Below, piece after piece: positions 11,601-18,054 of a stretch of DNA of 64,000 bases. Both the position numbers and the translations under genes were made by a program. The DNA is from Bacteroidales bacterium. Its GTDB lineage: Bacteria; Bacteroidota; Bacteroidia; Bacteroidales; UBA1715. The stretch covers positions 29,043 through 93,042 of the forward strand of contig JAZLFM010000013.1 in the NCBI GenBank assembly GCA_045615765.1. The letters run 5' to 3'. Within the stretch, counting starts at the first letter, position 1. Every line of letters begins with the position of its first letter. A model generated the notes under the pieces. The model did not search any database. It was not told the DNA's origin and worked only from the letters and a program-made list of their open reading frames with translations.

Positions 11601-12460
11601 GTTCTGGTGACAAGATTAATGTAAACGAGGGTGGTTTCATGTTTATTGGTAATATGGGTGCTACACTTCCTCAATATAGTTGGGTATTTACTATTGATGT
11701 AAAGAATGGTGGTACTTTGAATTACTGTGGTAACAGAACAGCTCTTGGTGATAATATTGGAACCAATGGTGGTACTTTGAATTATGCAGAAAGTTTTTAT
11801 GGAGCAGGTTTGGATAACCCTGTAAACCAAGGAGACTTTACTGCTAATGGCGGTAATATTTATGCCTTGTATGAGGATAATGACGCATGTATGGCAGATT
11901 ATATAGCTCGTACAAAAGCAGAAATTAGTAGCCTATTACCTGTAGAATTTACAATGCTTTATGGTGTATGCAAAGATGAGTTAGTTGAACTTCATTGGCA
12001 AACAGCTTCGGAAACGAATAATGAATATTTCACTATTCTTCGTTCATTCGATGGAATAGCGTTCGAAGAAATAGATTATGTATGGGGTGCAGGTACAACA
12101 ACTGCCATTCATAACTATGTATTCTATGATACGGATGATAAAGAAGGCGGCATAGTTTACTATAAACTTCGTCAAACAGATTACGATGGTAATGTAACAG
12201 AAACAAAGGTTATTGCTGTACAAACATGTGGTAAGAATGCACAATTCTGGGTTAAGAAAGATGAAGTTGAAGTTATGTTTAACAATCCTGAGTCATCAAA
12301 TCATGTTGTGATAACTACTCTTACAGGTAAGATTGTTTATTCAAAAACATTTAAGGATGTAGAATCTGCTCGAATAGCGTTACCACAGGCTAATGGTATT
12401 TATATTATTAGTGTGATCGATAGACGACAGATTACTAGTGAGAAAATAGTGAAATACTAG
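2645..12460 (+). CDS. Giant secreted T9SS cargo protein (~3270 aa): multiple Ig-like domains, a long uncharacterised beta-helix-like region, an Fn3-like domain and a type A C-terminal sorting domain
   Basis: Single ORF 2600..12460. The likely start is ATG 2645 (MKSLNFNLKCRSIFLMVLGMLCFSVTG signal peptide). A recurring Ig-domain signature is present: PTYQWYRG, LSYQWYKANG, FEYEWYVDG, LSYQWYFNG, LSYQWYKND, LTYRWYLAKG, VSYQWYKASG, each followed by GTYYC/YYYC-type strands. The C-terminus matches a Por secretion tail. Confidence 0.9.
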   Translation: MKSLNFNLKCRSIFLMVLGMLCFSVTGIAGEGTAKPTNGESVVVWNGGNHSVTTAVSKNSVTFTVVGPSWDGTSEMYIGVVLSGSGNVENPNEYVLGSFSVGATSVAQKYVPYLNTAEYGYNGTQNCLSIMCPNKVESKFTVQVVNGVVYVCDGDSPCVSTDPFIEDGYIPTVTASATTLCGGGDVKLEMNTVPADKYNAAKGYPTYQWYRGSTSVLSAHSKSYTTNLAGTYYCKFCVADGVCVNSESVEVTSPGSPKVVLDKSSLSFSSYVGDTPSAQGVTATVSGVCADVLSTASFVDGEDNFTLTDNGDGTFTIAPNYSTSSTGSYSGHVKFKIDGGENAILTLDGSVYEPLTAEFGNCAPIGSTSSANSVVTTGGAVPLSYQWYKANGSKISGETSASCSSSEAAYCIVSDATGNSITVNVKKDNVTLKVADQSVALSPCGVSKYVATSIIDGHGQAKFELKLNGSNPNFTKKNAGPGTWSGDYYQNYLNESGTNYSYYFIIDVDKKEIEATTTAPNCNTEVLEPKLIPSQKAFCSPTDVITLDASTTAENNIITNPASCYPQYVFKRGSEIVQSGSTPTLDITVAESGTYTCDIYASSTSFKTTDPITLSAPSPSISVTNGKTSDELTSVILESQLGESIPSKTVTVEVNGTCDDDDVVVTTTGDFEVTKTGVNEYTIKGTYSKGEKTIDPHAGSVVFSSTGASPVTVDLKGYVFPCSSGEVANFNFEDGSLPTIISTGLKSFDGSDKNNGYSITSKKVFDNGDNLVGTAGKVLLTASSQNKYTALTLNTTSLEGAGFLFAMDCGNTSYSGKVYVKVGEETWTIEKNKKERMSFFVPASSSVDVTVENNNNLSVYFDNISVTKLCPPTVSVSISSGSACDGTSVFSATPEGAMPFEYEWYVDGALAKSRSEESTYTNPESLPDGTQVHVKVWDSYGLVAESEDFIVQCMNVKPSFTNNNVCIGGETALRITDTEKATIAAAGMPQPLSYQWYFNGSPKGGASTSYSDLNFASVSSSDAGTYTLYIIDAKGKRYATGSAELTVKMPKFTVDKSSLTLSEGNSYSGTIEVTPADVSCFQTASAEFVGGDAGKLEVTNTGNTYTVALNAASQSVAGVYESTLVLYDRVKSETEKDVAVSATVPLTLSPITSARPCVAAVGFSATVPATKTNATCVWKVNGTIAKTETITASSSETSIIFNPSKNPEVGDVISLEVTTADGLTETKKFTVESCGLTMTIAPTSFEQAKSYVVCPGQEFSVDFDLKFVGGVVPDGTEYTYSITSTSPVTLADAGGSKTGTVTFPTTPGDYTYTVTVDFTVDGESYTNSVSFFVTVLDDISLNIEDVNGCRQENIVFYENTGADNIYWYTESDAYDLFGPESGKIDVGKSFFSGATVEGKKYYFVVKSDLGSFFCKESNAKALLNDDDLIYIYSQYSQPVSVCQGSIAGDSPNVSKAINCSGTTLSSASLSYQWYKNDIRSISGAIEVDGATNFELDVEKINTGNVGTYYYFCKVTYHEYSTYSDFTTITVTPSPDPIVIRDTAVYNGKYFIVPVDNVQISTDMSSWKDRKKGDEIQVWGSPKENQFYVRAKPDATGCASEPTTFYVWAGQGGVGYISATSDFGDQTKCMNEKADTWHVQGASPWGLNNLTYRWYLAKGPGETSGGTLVSSEQSFTPPTNKAGVFYYYCIVGYTGQTSTYVLGTYSLTVPGFNDFIIEDVAVCANSQSIDFAYANDTYAVSYGLNAAALDNSRAQGSTANMNMGTSGTAPFLVNSTTPVYFSVTDENGCKVTTKANVVVYDNSVSITDESDMKDFAVCQTAEVPTLAIDAILCGSDGDVSYQWYKASGETTEGVAIPGATTNTYTPSTTDDLNTNWYYCVASYGTYSAPSKRAKGTIYPTQDPELTASIPLTDGVLDMYCTESVSFTGNKNNFTGFVWTWETVDPETNEVTVVGSNTTVVNGMTYSPSCDDATQPTQFHLRVIDKNGCPAEAIIPMNIHPLGKTYYYCGPTAVEYRGQDLSAPWGLNDLNNWHTNSNCTGDIPTSFTAPASKFIVDKPGVELLAEQTWEVGGDGTRVEVGTGKWNKMSESVAGANASNQCYTGVYCGRCEYFSTLGSNKVDEAFGTIGSTDFRRDASSLKISGTMKCTGKSEIDVKGGGALEIATDLGTPKIGSTEEDIHYQYDPDKSTSYNVLVVPGGSVTYSGKGVTKIQEGTYSQLYINQSDPSVNVVFPEGTVEIKQLLKYDTEINNSKIDVPESSIVTYTGRLQQEIAPMAYSNLTLENTSRKFMIGDVTVNGTMYVGPSTTLVGGDEANVLTLTKGGVGADKPLDYRGAKIEPGNLTVEYTSSAKTEVAAINYYNLALTDVNITKTGTTEKTITKIENVSAGGERVFPPVTGGGKAIGIAGTIVPDPSAKVTVTGSEVIFNGSTHQEMPAFTFDKLTIDNSSVKNNTTSNMDNKNCVSIAGDVVVLSQLTMKQGILNTADYVVDKINYEPKYHLSVKNSSVTSISDGHFNSTKDASFIVGPVTKNVVAGSSTNKTEIPVGNFSNWYMPITMSSISNDGTVTVSAESGTTGSNLKEPLETIDHDKYWHVSGTYGKASFGLESRYDLQGSNCIAIASGLSEQFVTLNGTVDGKGISDSKLPETALSDAYLTMGKQVVVRKKYYYDCSGNKDITDITSWYTASNGAGTQAISFSEDYATWIVECNATIATKPLEITGSDVVVELNDGVKLTAYNTFKTSALKQGKSSQLYIGKKTECTVYGSHEIADKAVINNYGVLNTYSKTLAVNNGATVTNFAGAQWNMYNVSLKLAASSQSTNENVGHIINYGAVNMTNSSLSVEGRFTQLKNATGAIWSIDNTMAANNKSVVFDKAEFRTERTDYQYVSLECGSTFYVKHSDLTFWYGGMEDDNAYINGDLIVEDGNMLVRRQSQGGGKYNITGGGCGNIYLTDTDKSGDGLLTIQGSGGSEFNVNGTVYAMGVVTEGGSGDKINVNEGGFMFIGNMGATLPQYSWVFTIDVKNGGTLNYCGNRTALGDNIGTNGGTLNYAESFYGAGLDNPVNQGDFTANGGNIYALYEDNDACMADYIARTKAEISSLLPVEFTMLYGVCKDELVELHWQTASETNNEYFTILRSFDGIAFEEIDYVWGAGTTTAIHNYVFYDTDDKEGGIVYYKLRQTDYDGNVTETKVIAVQTCGKNAQFWVKKDEVEVMFNNPESSNHVVITTLTGKIVYSKTFKDVESARIALPQANGIYIISVIDRRQITSEKIVKY
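12242..12457 (+). other. T9SS type A C-terminal sorting domain of the 2645..12460 protein
   Basis: The terminal ~72 aa read ...VVITTLTGKIVYSKTFKDVESARIALPQANGIYIISVIDRRQITSEKIVKY. This is the typical Por_Secre_tail pattern (hydrophobic strands, GIYIIxV, terminal K-hydrophobic-x-K/Y). Confidence 0.8.
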
Positions 12461-12484
12461 TTCTAAGTGTGGATAATTATTTAT

Positions 12485-12520
12485 GTAGAGACGCGGTGTA
12501 AAGCGTCTCTACTTGTTTTT
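12485..12520 (+). terminator. Rho-independent terminator of the giant gene
   Basis: Perfect 10-bp stem GTAGAGACGC (12485-12494) / GCGTCTCTAC (12503-12512) with an 8-nt loop, followed by TTGTTTTT. Confidence 0.8.
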
Positions 12521-12618
12521 ACCCTTTATTGATTTTCTCAATAGCGCAAAAACCGCTGAATAATTGACCAAAAGCAAAAAAAATCAGACAAATCTGCTTG
12601 TGGTCAAAAAAACATTAT

Positions 12619-12626
12619 TATTTTTG
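12619..12626 (+). promoter_or_regulatory. Bacteroidetes -7 promoter element TATTTTTG
   Basis: Exact TAnnTTTG match 52 nt upstream of ATG 12678. Confidence 0.4.
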
Positions 12627-12677
12627 TTTGTTCTAAAAATGTATAAAGCAATTAGTTGTTTAATTAAAGTAATAAAA

Positions 12678-14369
12678 ATGAAGAAAAAATCTATTTTTCA
12701 GATTGTTTTGGGTTCTGCAGTAGTATTAGCAGTAGGCTGTAGCAGTCCAAGCAAAATGTTGAAAAACGCCAACACAGTGCGTTACAATGTGAATCCAGAT
12801 CCACTAGAAATGAAGGGTGACAGTGTTGATGTAGCAATCACAGTTACTTATCCTGCAAAATATTTCTTAAAAAGTGCAGTGATGAATATCACTCCAGTTT
12901 TGAAATCAGAAAGTGCTTCTGCTGAATTCCCAGAAGTTGTATTGCAAGGCGAAAAAGTTCAAGGTAATGGCGGTGTAATCTCAAGCGCTGGTGGAACTTA
13001 TACATACAAAGGAAAAGTAGCTTATACTGATGCTTTATTACAATCAGAATTGTTATTGAAGAGCAAAGTTTCTGTTAAATCTAAATCAGTTAACTTGCCA
13101 GAAGTAAAAATCGCTGATGGTGTTTTAGCAACAGCTTCATTGTTGCAAAACGAAGCAAAACCAACAGTTTCTGCTAACCAATTTAAACGTGCAGAAGTTC
13201 TTACTTCAGAAACAGAACTTGTATTCTCTATCAACAGCGCATCTGTTTCTTCAAAAGAACTTTCAAAACAAGGTATGAAGGATGCAAAAGCATTCGCTAA
13301 AAATGCTGAAAAAGATACAACTTTAGCATTGAAAGGTGTAGCAATCGTAGGTTATGCATCTCCTGATGGTCCAGAAGATGGTAACGAAAGTTTGGCTAAG
13401 AATCGTCAAGCTGCTGCAGAAAAAGCATTGAAAGGTTCAATCAAAACTTCTTACGAAGCTAACTATACTGCAGAAGACTGGGATGGTTTCCGTACTTTAA
13501 TGGAAAACTCAGACATTCAAGATAAATCAGCTATTTTGAACGTACTTTCTCAATATTCAGATCCTGTTGTTCGTGAAGCTGAAATCAAGAAAATGGGTAA
13601 CGTTTACAAACAAATTGCAGACGAAATCCTTCCTCAACTTCGTCGTTCAAAAATCGTTGTAAGTGCTGAAAAAGTTGGAAAATCTGACGAAGTTCTTCTT
13701 CAAGCTGGTTTAGGTAAATCTGATACTAAATTGACTGAAGACGAATATTTATTCGCAGCTACTATTGCTGAAAATGCAAAAGATGCTGAAAAAATCTTAA
13801 CAAATGCTGCTACAGCTTTACCAAACTCTTGGAAAATCGTTAACAACTTAGGTTGTGTACAAATGGATCAAGAAAAATACGAAGATGCTCAAGCTTCTTT
13901 CGCTCATGCTGATGAACTTTCAAACGGTGATGCGGCTGTTAAGAATAACATGGGTGTTCTTGCTGTAAGACAAGGTGACTTGGCAAAAGGTTTCGAATAT
14001 TTCGAAGTTGCTCAAGGTGCTGGTCCAGAAGTTAAATACAACATGGGTACTGTAAAAGTAAAAGAAGGTGACTATGCAAAAGCTGTAGATTTGTTCGGTA
14101 GCAATCAAACATTCAACGCTGCTTTAGCTAAATTGTTGGCTGGTGATGTTGATGGTGCATTGAGTACTGCTAACTCAATTGAAGAACAAGATGCTGCTAC
14201 ATATTACTTGAAAGCGATTATCGGTGCAAGACAAAAAGATTTCAATAATATGATTTCTAACTTGAAATCTTCTATCGATAAAGATTCTGCTTTCAAAGAT
14301 AGAGCTAAAAAAGATATGGAATTCAGAGATTTCTCTGACGACTCAGAATTTGAAGCTCTTGTAAAATAG
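12678..14369 (+). CDS. OmpA-like domain lipoprotein with C-terminal TPR repeats
   Basis: The track ORF starts at a TTG at 12564. I prefer ATG 12678, which gives MKKKSIFQIVLGSAVVLAVGCSS (signal peptide plus lipobox Cys). An OmpA-C-like motif is present (IVGYASPDGPEDGNESLAKNRQAAAEKAL). The C-terminal half has TPR-like helices (EKYEDAQASFAHA, GDLAKGFEYFEVA, GDYAKAVDLF). Confidence 0.8.
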   Translation: MKKKSIFQIVLGSAVVLAVGCSSPSKMLKNANTVRYNVNPDPLEMKGDSVDVAITVTYPAKYFLKSAVMNITPVLKSESASAEFPEVVLQGEKVQGNGGVISSAGGTYTYKGKVAYTDALLQSELLLKSKVSVKSKSVNLPEVKIADGVLATASLLQNEAKPTVSANQFKRAEVLTSETELVFSINSASVSSKELSKQGMKDAKAFAKNAEKDTTLALKGVAIVGYASPDGPEDGNESLAKNRQAAAEKALKGSIKTSYEANYTAEDWDGFRTLMENSDIQDKSAILNVLSQYSDPVVREAEIKKMGNVYKQIADEILPQLRRSKIVVSAEKVGKSDEVLLQAGLGKSDTKLTEDEYLFAATIAENAKDAEKILTNAATALPNSWKIVNNLGCVQMDQEKYEDAQASFAHADELSNGDAAVKNNMGVLAVRQGDLAKGFEYFEVAQGAGPEVKYNMGTVKVKEGDYAKAVDLFGSNQTFNAALAKLLAGDVDGALSTANSIEEQDAATYYLKAIIGARQKDFNNMISNLKSSIDKDSAFKDRAKKDMEFRDFSDDSEFEALVK

Positions 14370-14390
14370 ATAGAATTCATTTTATATAAG

Positions 14391-14426
14391 AAAGGGGAGT
14401 GCGAAAGCATTCCCCTTTTTGTTTTT
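14391..14426 (+). terminator. Rho-independent terminator
   Basis: Stem GGGGAGTGC (14394-14402) / GCATTCCCC (14407-14415) with one G-U pair and a GAAA tetraloop, then TTTTTGTTTTT. Confidence 0.85.
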
Positions 14427-14495
14427 ATTGGGAAATAATGTTACATCTTGGCTGTAGGACTTGTTACAGGTATATTCGTGATATTTTCGATGAAT

Positions 14496-14965
14496 GTTCT
14501 TGTTCTTTCTTGCAACAGGTCAAGAAAGAACCAAAGAACCCCGCCGAACACCTGCTTCGCTAAAAATCACCTTCGGACGGCTAAAAAAGACTATGAGTTG
14601 CTCCGTAAACTCCGCAACAATCGTCTTTTTCTTTACGCCGACCTACGGCGATTTTCTTAACGCGCGCAGCTGAATCGGCTTTGTTGTCTTTACATAGATG
14701 ATAGTTTGAAAAGATAAGGTAGCATCTGTCGTATAGAAAAACGTACAAAGAAAGACCTTTCTCGACTTCACGAATGAGCGTTAAGAAAAACGACGTAATG
14801 AAGCGTATAAAAGGATTTGATGCCTCTGGCAATTGTATATATGAATCTAACCACGCGGCAGCCCAAATCCTTTAGCGGAATGCAGTCGTTTTTTAGCGAA
14901 GGCGTGGGTCGATGGCGTTCTTTTGGTTACTTTTCTTTCGCTATAGAAAGAAAAGTAACAGAATA
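14496..14965. repeat. ~470-bp imperfect palindrome: two diverged inverted copies of a ~230-bp unit, each ending in a perfect hairpin. Candidate MITE-like element or structured RNA locus
   Basis: The left-end hairpin is GTTCTTTCTTG/CAAGAAAGAAC (14502-14512/14521-14531). The right-end hairpin is GTTACTTTTCTTTC/GAAAGAAAAGTAAC (14926-14939/14946-14959). The inner arm 14529-14566 (AACCAAAGAACCCCGCCGAACACCTGCTTCGCTAAAAA) matches the reverse complement of 14889-14928 (AACCAAAAGAACGCCATCGACCCACGCCTTCGCTAAAAAA). GATTTTCTTAACGC (14650-14663) matches the reverse complement of 14778-14791 at 13 of 14 positions. There is no credible ORF. Confidence 0.6.
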
Positions 14966-15034
14966 TCGTTTACACCAAATGGTATATCAACTAAAAATAC
15001 AGAGAAGATTTTCGTCTTCCCTGTATTTATGTTT

Positions 15035-16516
15035 TTACTTATTCTTAACAATTCGCTGTATTGCAAATTTGCCGGATATAACGGCATTTGGCAATCCGCC
15101 TGGAGGAAGTGTCCATTGTCCTGCAATATACGCGTTAGAAAGCCCCTGAATACGTCCGGAATGAACTTCTCGTTTTGTTTTGTGCGTGGTAATAAAACTC
15201 ATATAGGCACCTTTGTATGTACCTAACAGTTTTGTATAACTGTATGGAGTAACAACTTCTTCGATGTGGAGCAATCCTTGCAATTGTGGATAATGAGTAT
15301 ATATACGCTCAATTATTTGGTTCGCAATGTTTTGTTTTGTTTCAACATAACTTGTCTCGTCGGTATGAAGTTTTTCCCATAAATCGTAATCTTTTTCGTC
15401 TTGCAATATCATAATTTGCAAGATAGATTTTCCTTCTGGAGCAAACGATGGCTCATAGTCAAACGACTTGATGGCAATTGTGTCTTGTTTAGATCCTAAG
15501 ATATCGAATGGTTCGCATTTAAAAAGAACCATATTCGATAATTCTTCGACTTTTTTATCACAACTTAGATAAACATTAAATGAACTAAATGTTGGGTATG
15601 TTTCAGGATCTATATATCGTTTAGAGAAAAATTCATCCATGTGGTGTTTGCCCACAATATTGTATGTTACATCAGCGTCGCAAGCGAACACAAAATGATC
15701 ACCCGTGATTGTTTGTCCGTCAGAGCAAAAGGCTGCTGTTATTTTCCCGTTTTCTTCAGATATATTGGTAATTGTTTTATTTGTAAAAATAGTTCCTCCT
15801 AGCGATAGGAATTTCTTGCGCATTCGTGCTGCAATCCCTATAGAGCCTCCTTTAGGTAATGCACCGTTTCCAGAAAGAAATGTTCCGTACATGTACAAAA
15901 TACCAACAGTATTAAAAGAACTTGGCAGGTACGAGAGAATAAGATCTTGTACCATTTTGTTTTTGAATCGTTTAATGTATTCCGTAATCGGAACACTATT
16001 GTATTTTGCTGCATAAGGGAGAACAGGAAGGATTTTTTTTACATATCGCATATTGTCCCAGAATCCCATTTGTTCCTTTGGTTTGATAGCTGGTACTTCC
16101 ATATGTGAAAATGCACGCAACATCTTGCAGAAATGTTTTATTTCTTTGCTGTCTTCCGGAGCAAATTCAAGAAGTTCTTTTTCAAGTTTATTTACGTCTT
16201 TCCAAACATGTAGTTGTTTCCCGTCTTGTTCAATGGTAAGAAACTTGTCGTGTTGTATGATTTCAATATCGTCACCTAAAGCACCGACATCTTTCCATAC
16301 TTCGTAGATTTCTTTTTGTGGAGAGGTACCTGTCATCCAATGTACGCAGTTATCTATATGAAAACCGTTTCGGTTCCAACCTGTACATTGACCACCAACA
16401 ATAGAATGACGTTCGTATATTTCGCAATCGAAGCCATTCATTTTTGCGTATATTCCAGCGGCAAGGCCAGCAATCCCTCCGCCAATAACAATTATTTTAT
16501 CCATAAATTTTACCAA
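15035..16516 (-). CDS. NAD(P)/FAD-dependent oxidoreductase of the phytoene-desaturase (CrtI-like) family
   Basis: 493-aa ORF with an N-terminal Rossmann motif (KIIVIGGGIAGLAAGIYAKMNGFDCEIYERHSIVGG) and overall amine-oxidase/desaturase-like length. The start may be the internal ATG at 16504. Confidence 0.75.
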   Translation of the reverse strand: MVKFMDKIIVIGGGIAGLAAGIYAKMNGFDCEIYERHSIVGGQCTGWNRNGFHIDNCVHWMTGTSPQKEIYEVWKDVGALGDDIEIIQHDKFLTIEQDGKQLHVWKDVNKLEKELLEFAPEDSKEIKHFCKMLRAFSHMEVPAIKPKEQMGFWDNMRYVKKILPVLPYAAKYNSVPITEYIKRFKNKMVQDLILSYLPSSFNTVGILYMYGTFLSGNGALPKGGSIGIAARMRKKFLSLGGTIFTNKTITNISEENGKITAAFCSDGQTITGDHFVFACDADVTYNIVGKHHMDEFFSKRYIDPETYPTFSSFNVYLSCDKKVEELSNMVLFKCEPFDILGSKQDTIAIKSFDYEPSFAPEGKSILQIMILQDEKDYDLWEKLHTDETSYVETKQNIANQIIERIYTHYPQLQGLLHIEEVVTPYSYTKLLGTYKGAYMSFITTHKTKREVHSGRIQGLSNAYIAGQWTLPPGGLPNAVISGKFAIQRIVKNK

Positions 16517-17964
16517 GTTCTTGCGCGACTCTTGCTCTTCTTTTGAGCTGCAGCTTCTTTCTTTTGTCGTATAACCATTTTTGCAAATGTTTCTTGAAAA
16601 TCATCAGCTGGCGTTGGAGCTGATATCATCTCAATTTTCCCATTCTTGTCGAGAAGCATGTATGTTGGCATTCCTCGTAGTTTATATTGTCGGCCGATTT
16701 CAGGATTGTCGCCGGCATAAAGAAATGTCCAGTTGTATTGTGGGTTTGCTTTTTTAAATGAACGGAAGTCTTCAAATGTTTTCTCGTAACTCAATGTTAC
16801 GATATTTAAGTCCTTCTTCGTCTTTTCATTCATTTTTCGAAGCACTTTATAGTCTTTTATACATGCGTAATTTTCAGAGCGACAGAAGTTTAGATATACA
16901 TATTTACCTTTGAATTTATCCAATGTGTACAAAACACTGTCTTGGTTATATAATTCAAAATATGGTGCATTGTCGTGAAATTCCAATTGCGTGTATTTCT
17001 TTTTTATGTTTTCGGCAATGTTCTTATGTTCAGGAACTGTCGACATAATTATAAGAGAATCAAGTGTTTGATATACAGGAGCAGGAGGGAAGACATCAGG
17101 ATCCTTCAAGCAATCATCAAGACATTGCAATAACAATAATTCTTTTAATGTATCATTGCGAAAAACAATATTTTTCTCCAATGTTTTCTTAAACATTGTT
17201 GGACTTTTCCCGTAGATAATATCAATTTTCAAATTTTTACCCATGTCGTGCGTATGGTTATTGATGATGTAGTCTTTCCACATCATTTTAAATAGGTTCA
17301 TATACGCAGGATTGTAGTAATAGAACGCTTTGTTTAAGAAATGTTTGCGTGTAACCCCCATCTTGTCGCGTTGGTATGCCATGTAGCGAAGCGCGTACAT
17401 ACGATAGTCTTTGTAAACCTTGAAAAAGATATCGTTGCAGTCTCCAAAAGTGCTATCTACGAGAGTTTGAAATTTCTCAACTTTTGCCTTATCGCGAGTG
17501 ATGTAGATTTCTTGAAAGTTATCGCTCAGGAAATTCTCATACATAGAGTTAAACGACAGCAATAATATATTGATATCGTTAGGATCGCTATTTATCACAC
17601 CAAGACTGATGTCTGTTGGCTCGTAGTATGGATTAAGCTCCTGTGCCAGAGTTTTTTCTTCGTATGGTGGCATTGCAATCTGGTATTCTTTGTTTGGCGA
17701 GACAAACAAGAAGGCCTTGTAAATGCCTAAATACATGTATATTTCTCTTGTTGTAGTACAATCGAAAGTATAGGTGAATCGGCCAAGCGCATCGGTAGTA
17801 AAAGAACCAATAAGTTCTTCATTCTTAGTAAAATAGTCTGAATATTGATATACGCTAATAGTTTGATTAGCATATTCTTCGGAGCTACCGTTGATTGTAA
17901 CAGTTTGAGCGAAGAGTTCGAAAGAAATAAATAAAGTACAATATATGGCGAGAATTTTTCGCAT
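16510..17964 (-). CDS. Secreted TlpA/AhpC-like thioredoxin-fold protein with a degenerate active site
   Basis: Signal peptide MRKILAIYCTLFISFELFAQ. The C-terminal thioredoxin fold reads GKYVYLNFCRSENYACIKDYKVLRKM ... GMPTYMLLDKNGKI. It overlaps the downstream oxidoreductase gene by 7 nt, consistent with an operon. Confidence 0.7.
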   Translation of the reverse strand: MRKILAIYCTLFISFELFAQTVTINGSSEEYANQTISVYQYSDYFTKNEELIGSFTTDALGRFTYTFDCTTTREIYMYLGIYKAFLFVSPNKEYQIAMPPYEEKTLAQELNPYYEPTDISLGVINSDPNDINILLLSFNSMYENFLSDNFQEIYITRDKAKVEKFQTLVDSTFGDCNDIFFKVYKDYRMYALRYMAYQRDKMGVTRKHFLNKAFYYYNPAYMNLFKMMWKDYIINNHTHDMGKNLKIDIIYGKSPTMFKKTLEKNIVFRNDTLKELLLLQCLDDCLKDPDVFPPAPVYQTLDSLIIMSTVPEHKNIAENIKKKYTQLEFHDNAPYFELYNQDSVLYTLDKFKGKYVYLNFCRSENYACIKDYKVLRKMNEKTKKDLNIVTLSYEKTFEDFRSFKKANPQYNWTFLYAGDNPEIGRQYKLRGMPTYMLLDKNGKIEMISAPTPADDFQETFAKMVIRQKKEAAAQKKSKSRARTW

Positions 17965-17990
17965 GTAAAATACATTTTTTCGTAACGATG

Positions 17991-17998
17991 CAAAGGTA
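17991..17998 (-). promoter_or_regulatory. Bacteroidetes -7 promoter element (TACCTTTG on the minus strand)
   Basis: Plus-strand CAAAGGTA is the reverse complement of TACCTTTG, an exact TAnnTTTG match 27 nt upstream of the start codon at 17964. Confidence 0.45.
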
Positions 17999-18038
17999 AT
18001 AAAATCTTATGGAATATTATAGGAACATATAAAAATCA

Positions 18039-18046
18039 TATATTTG
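18039..18046 (+). promoter_or_regulatory. Bacteroidetes -7 promoter element TATATTTG upstream of the tRNA
   Basis: Exact TAnnTTTG match ending 9 nt before tRNA position 1. Confidence 0.5.
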
Positions 18047-18054
18047 CGCGAAAA

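Noticed and set aside
14430-15035. Possibility that the structured intergenic region is RNase P RNA, tmRNA, 6S RNA or an invertible promoter (inverton)
   Set aside because: Neither strand has the RNase P GAGGAAAGTCC-type motif. There is no tRNA-like end or tag reading frame for tmRNA, and the region is longer than 6S RNA. It lies between two gene 3' ends, so an invertible promoter would have nothing to drive. None of this excludes a novel RNA, so the element is kept as a finding.
14448-15226. Five overlapping small ORFs (61-110 aa, both strands) in the 14370..15035 intergenic region and over the 3' end of the oxidoreductase gene
   Set aside because: They overlap one another in different frames and have low-complexity or basic, odd compositions. 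They coincide with the palindromic repeat. None has a -7 box or a recognisable motif, so I treat the region as non-coding.
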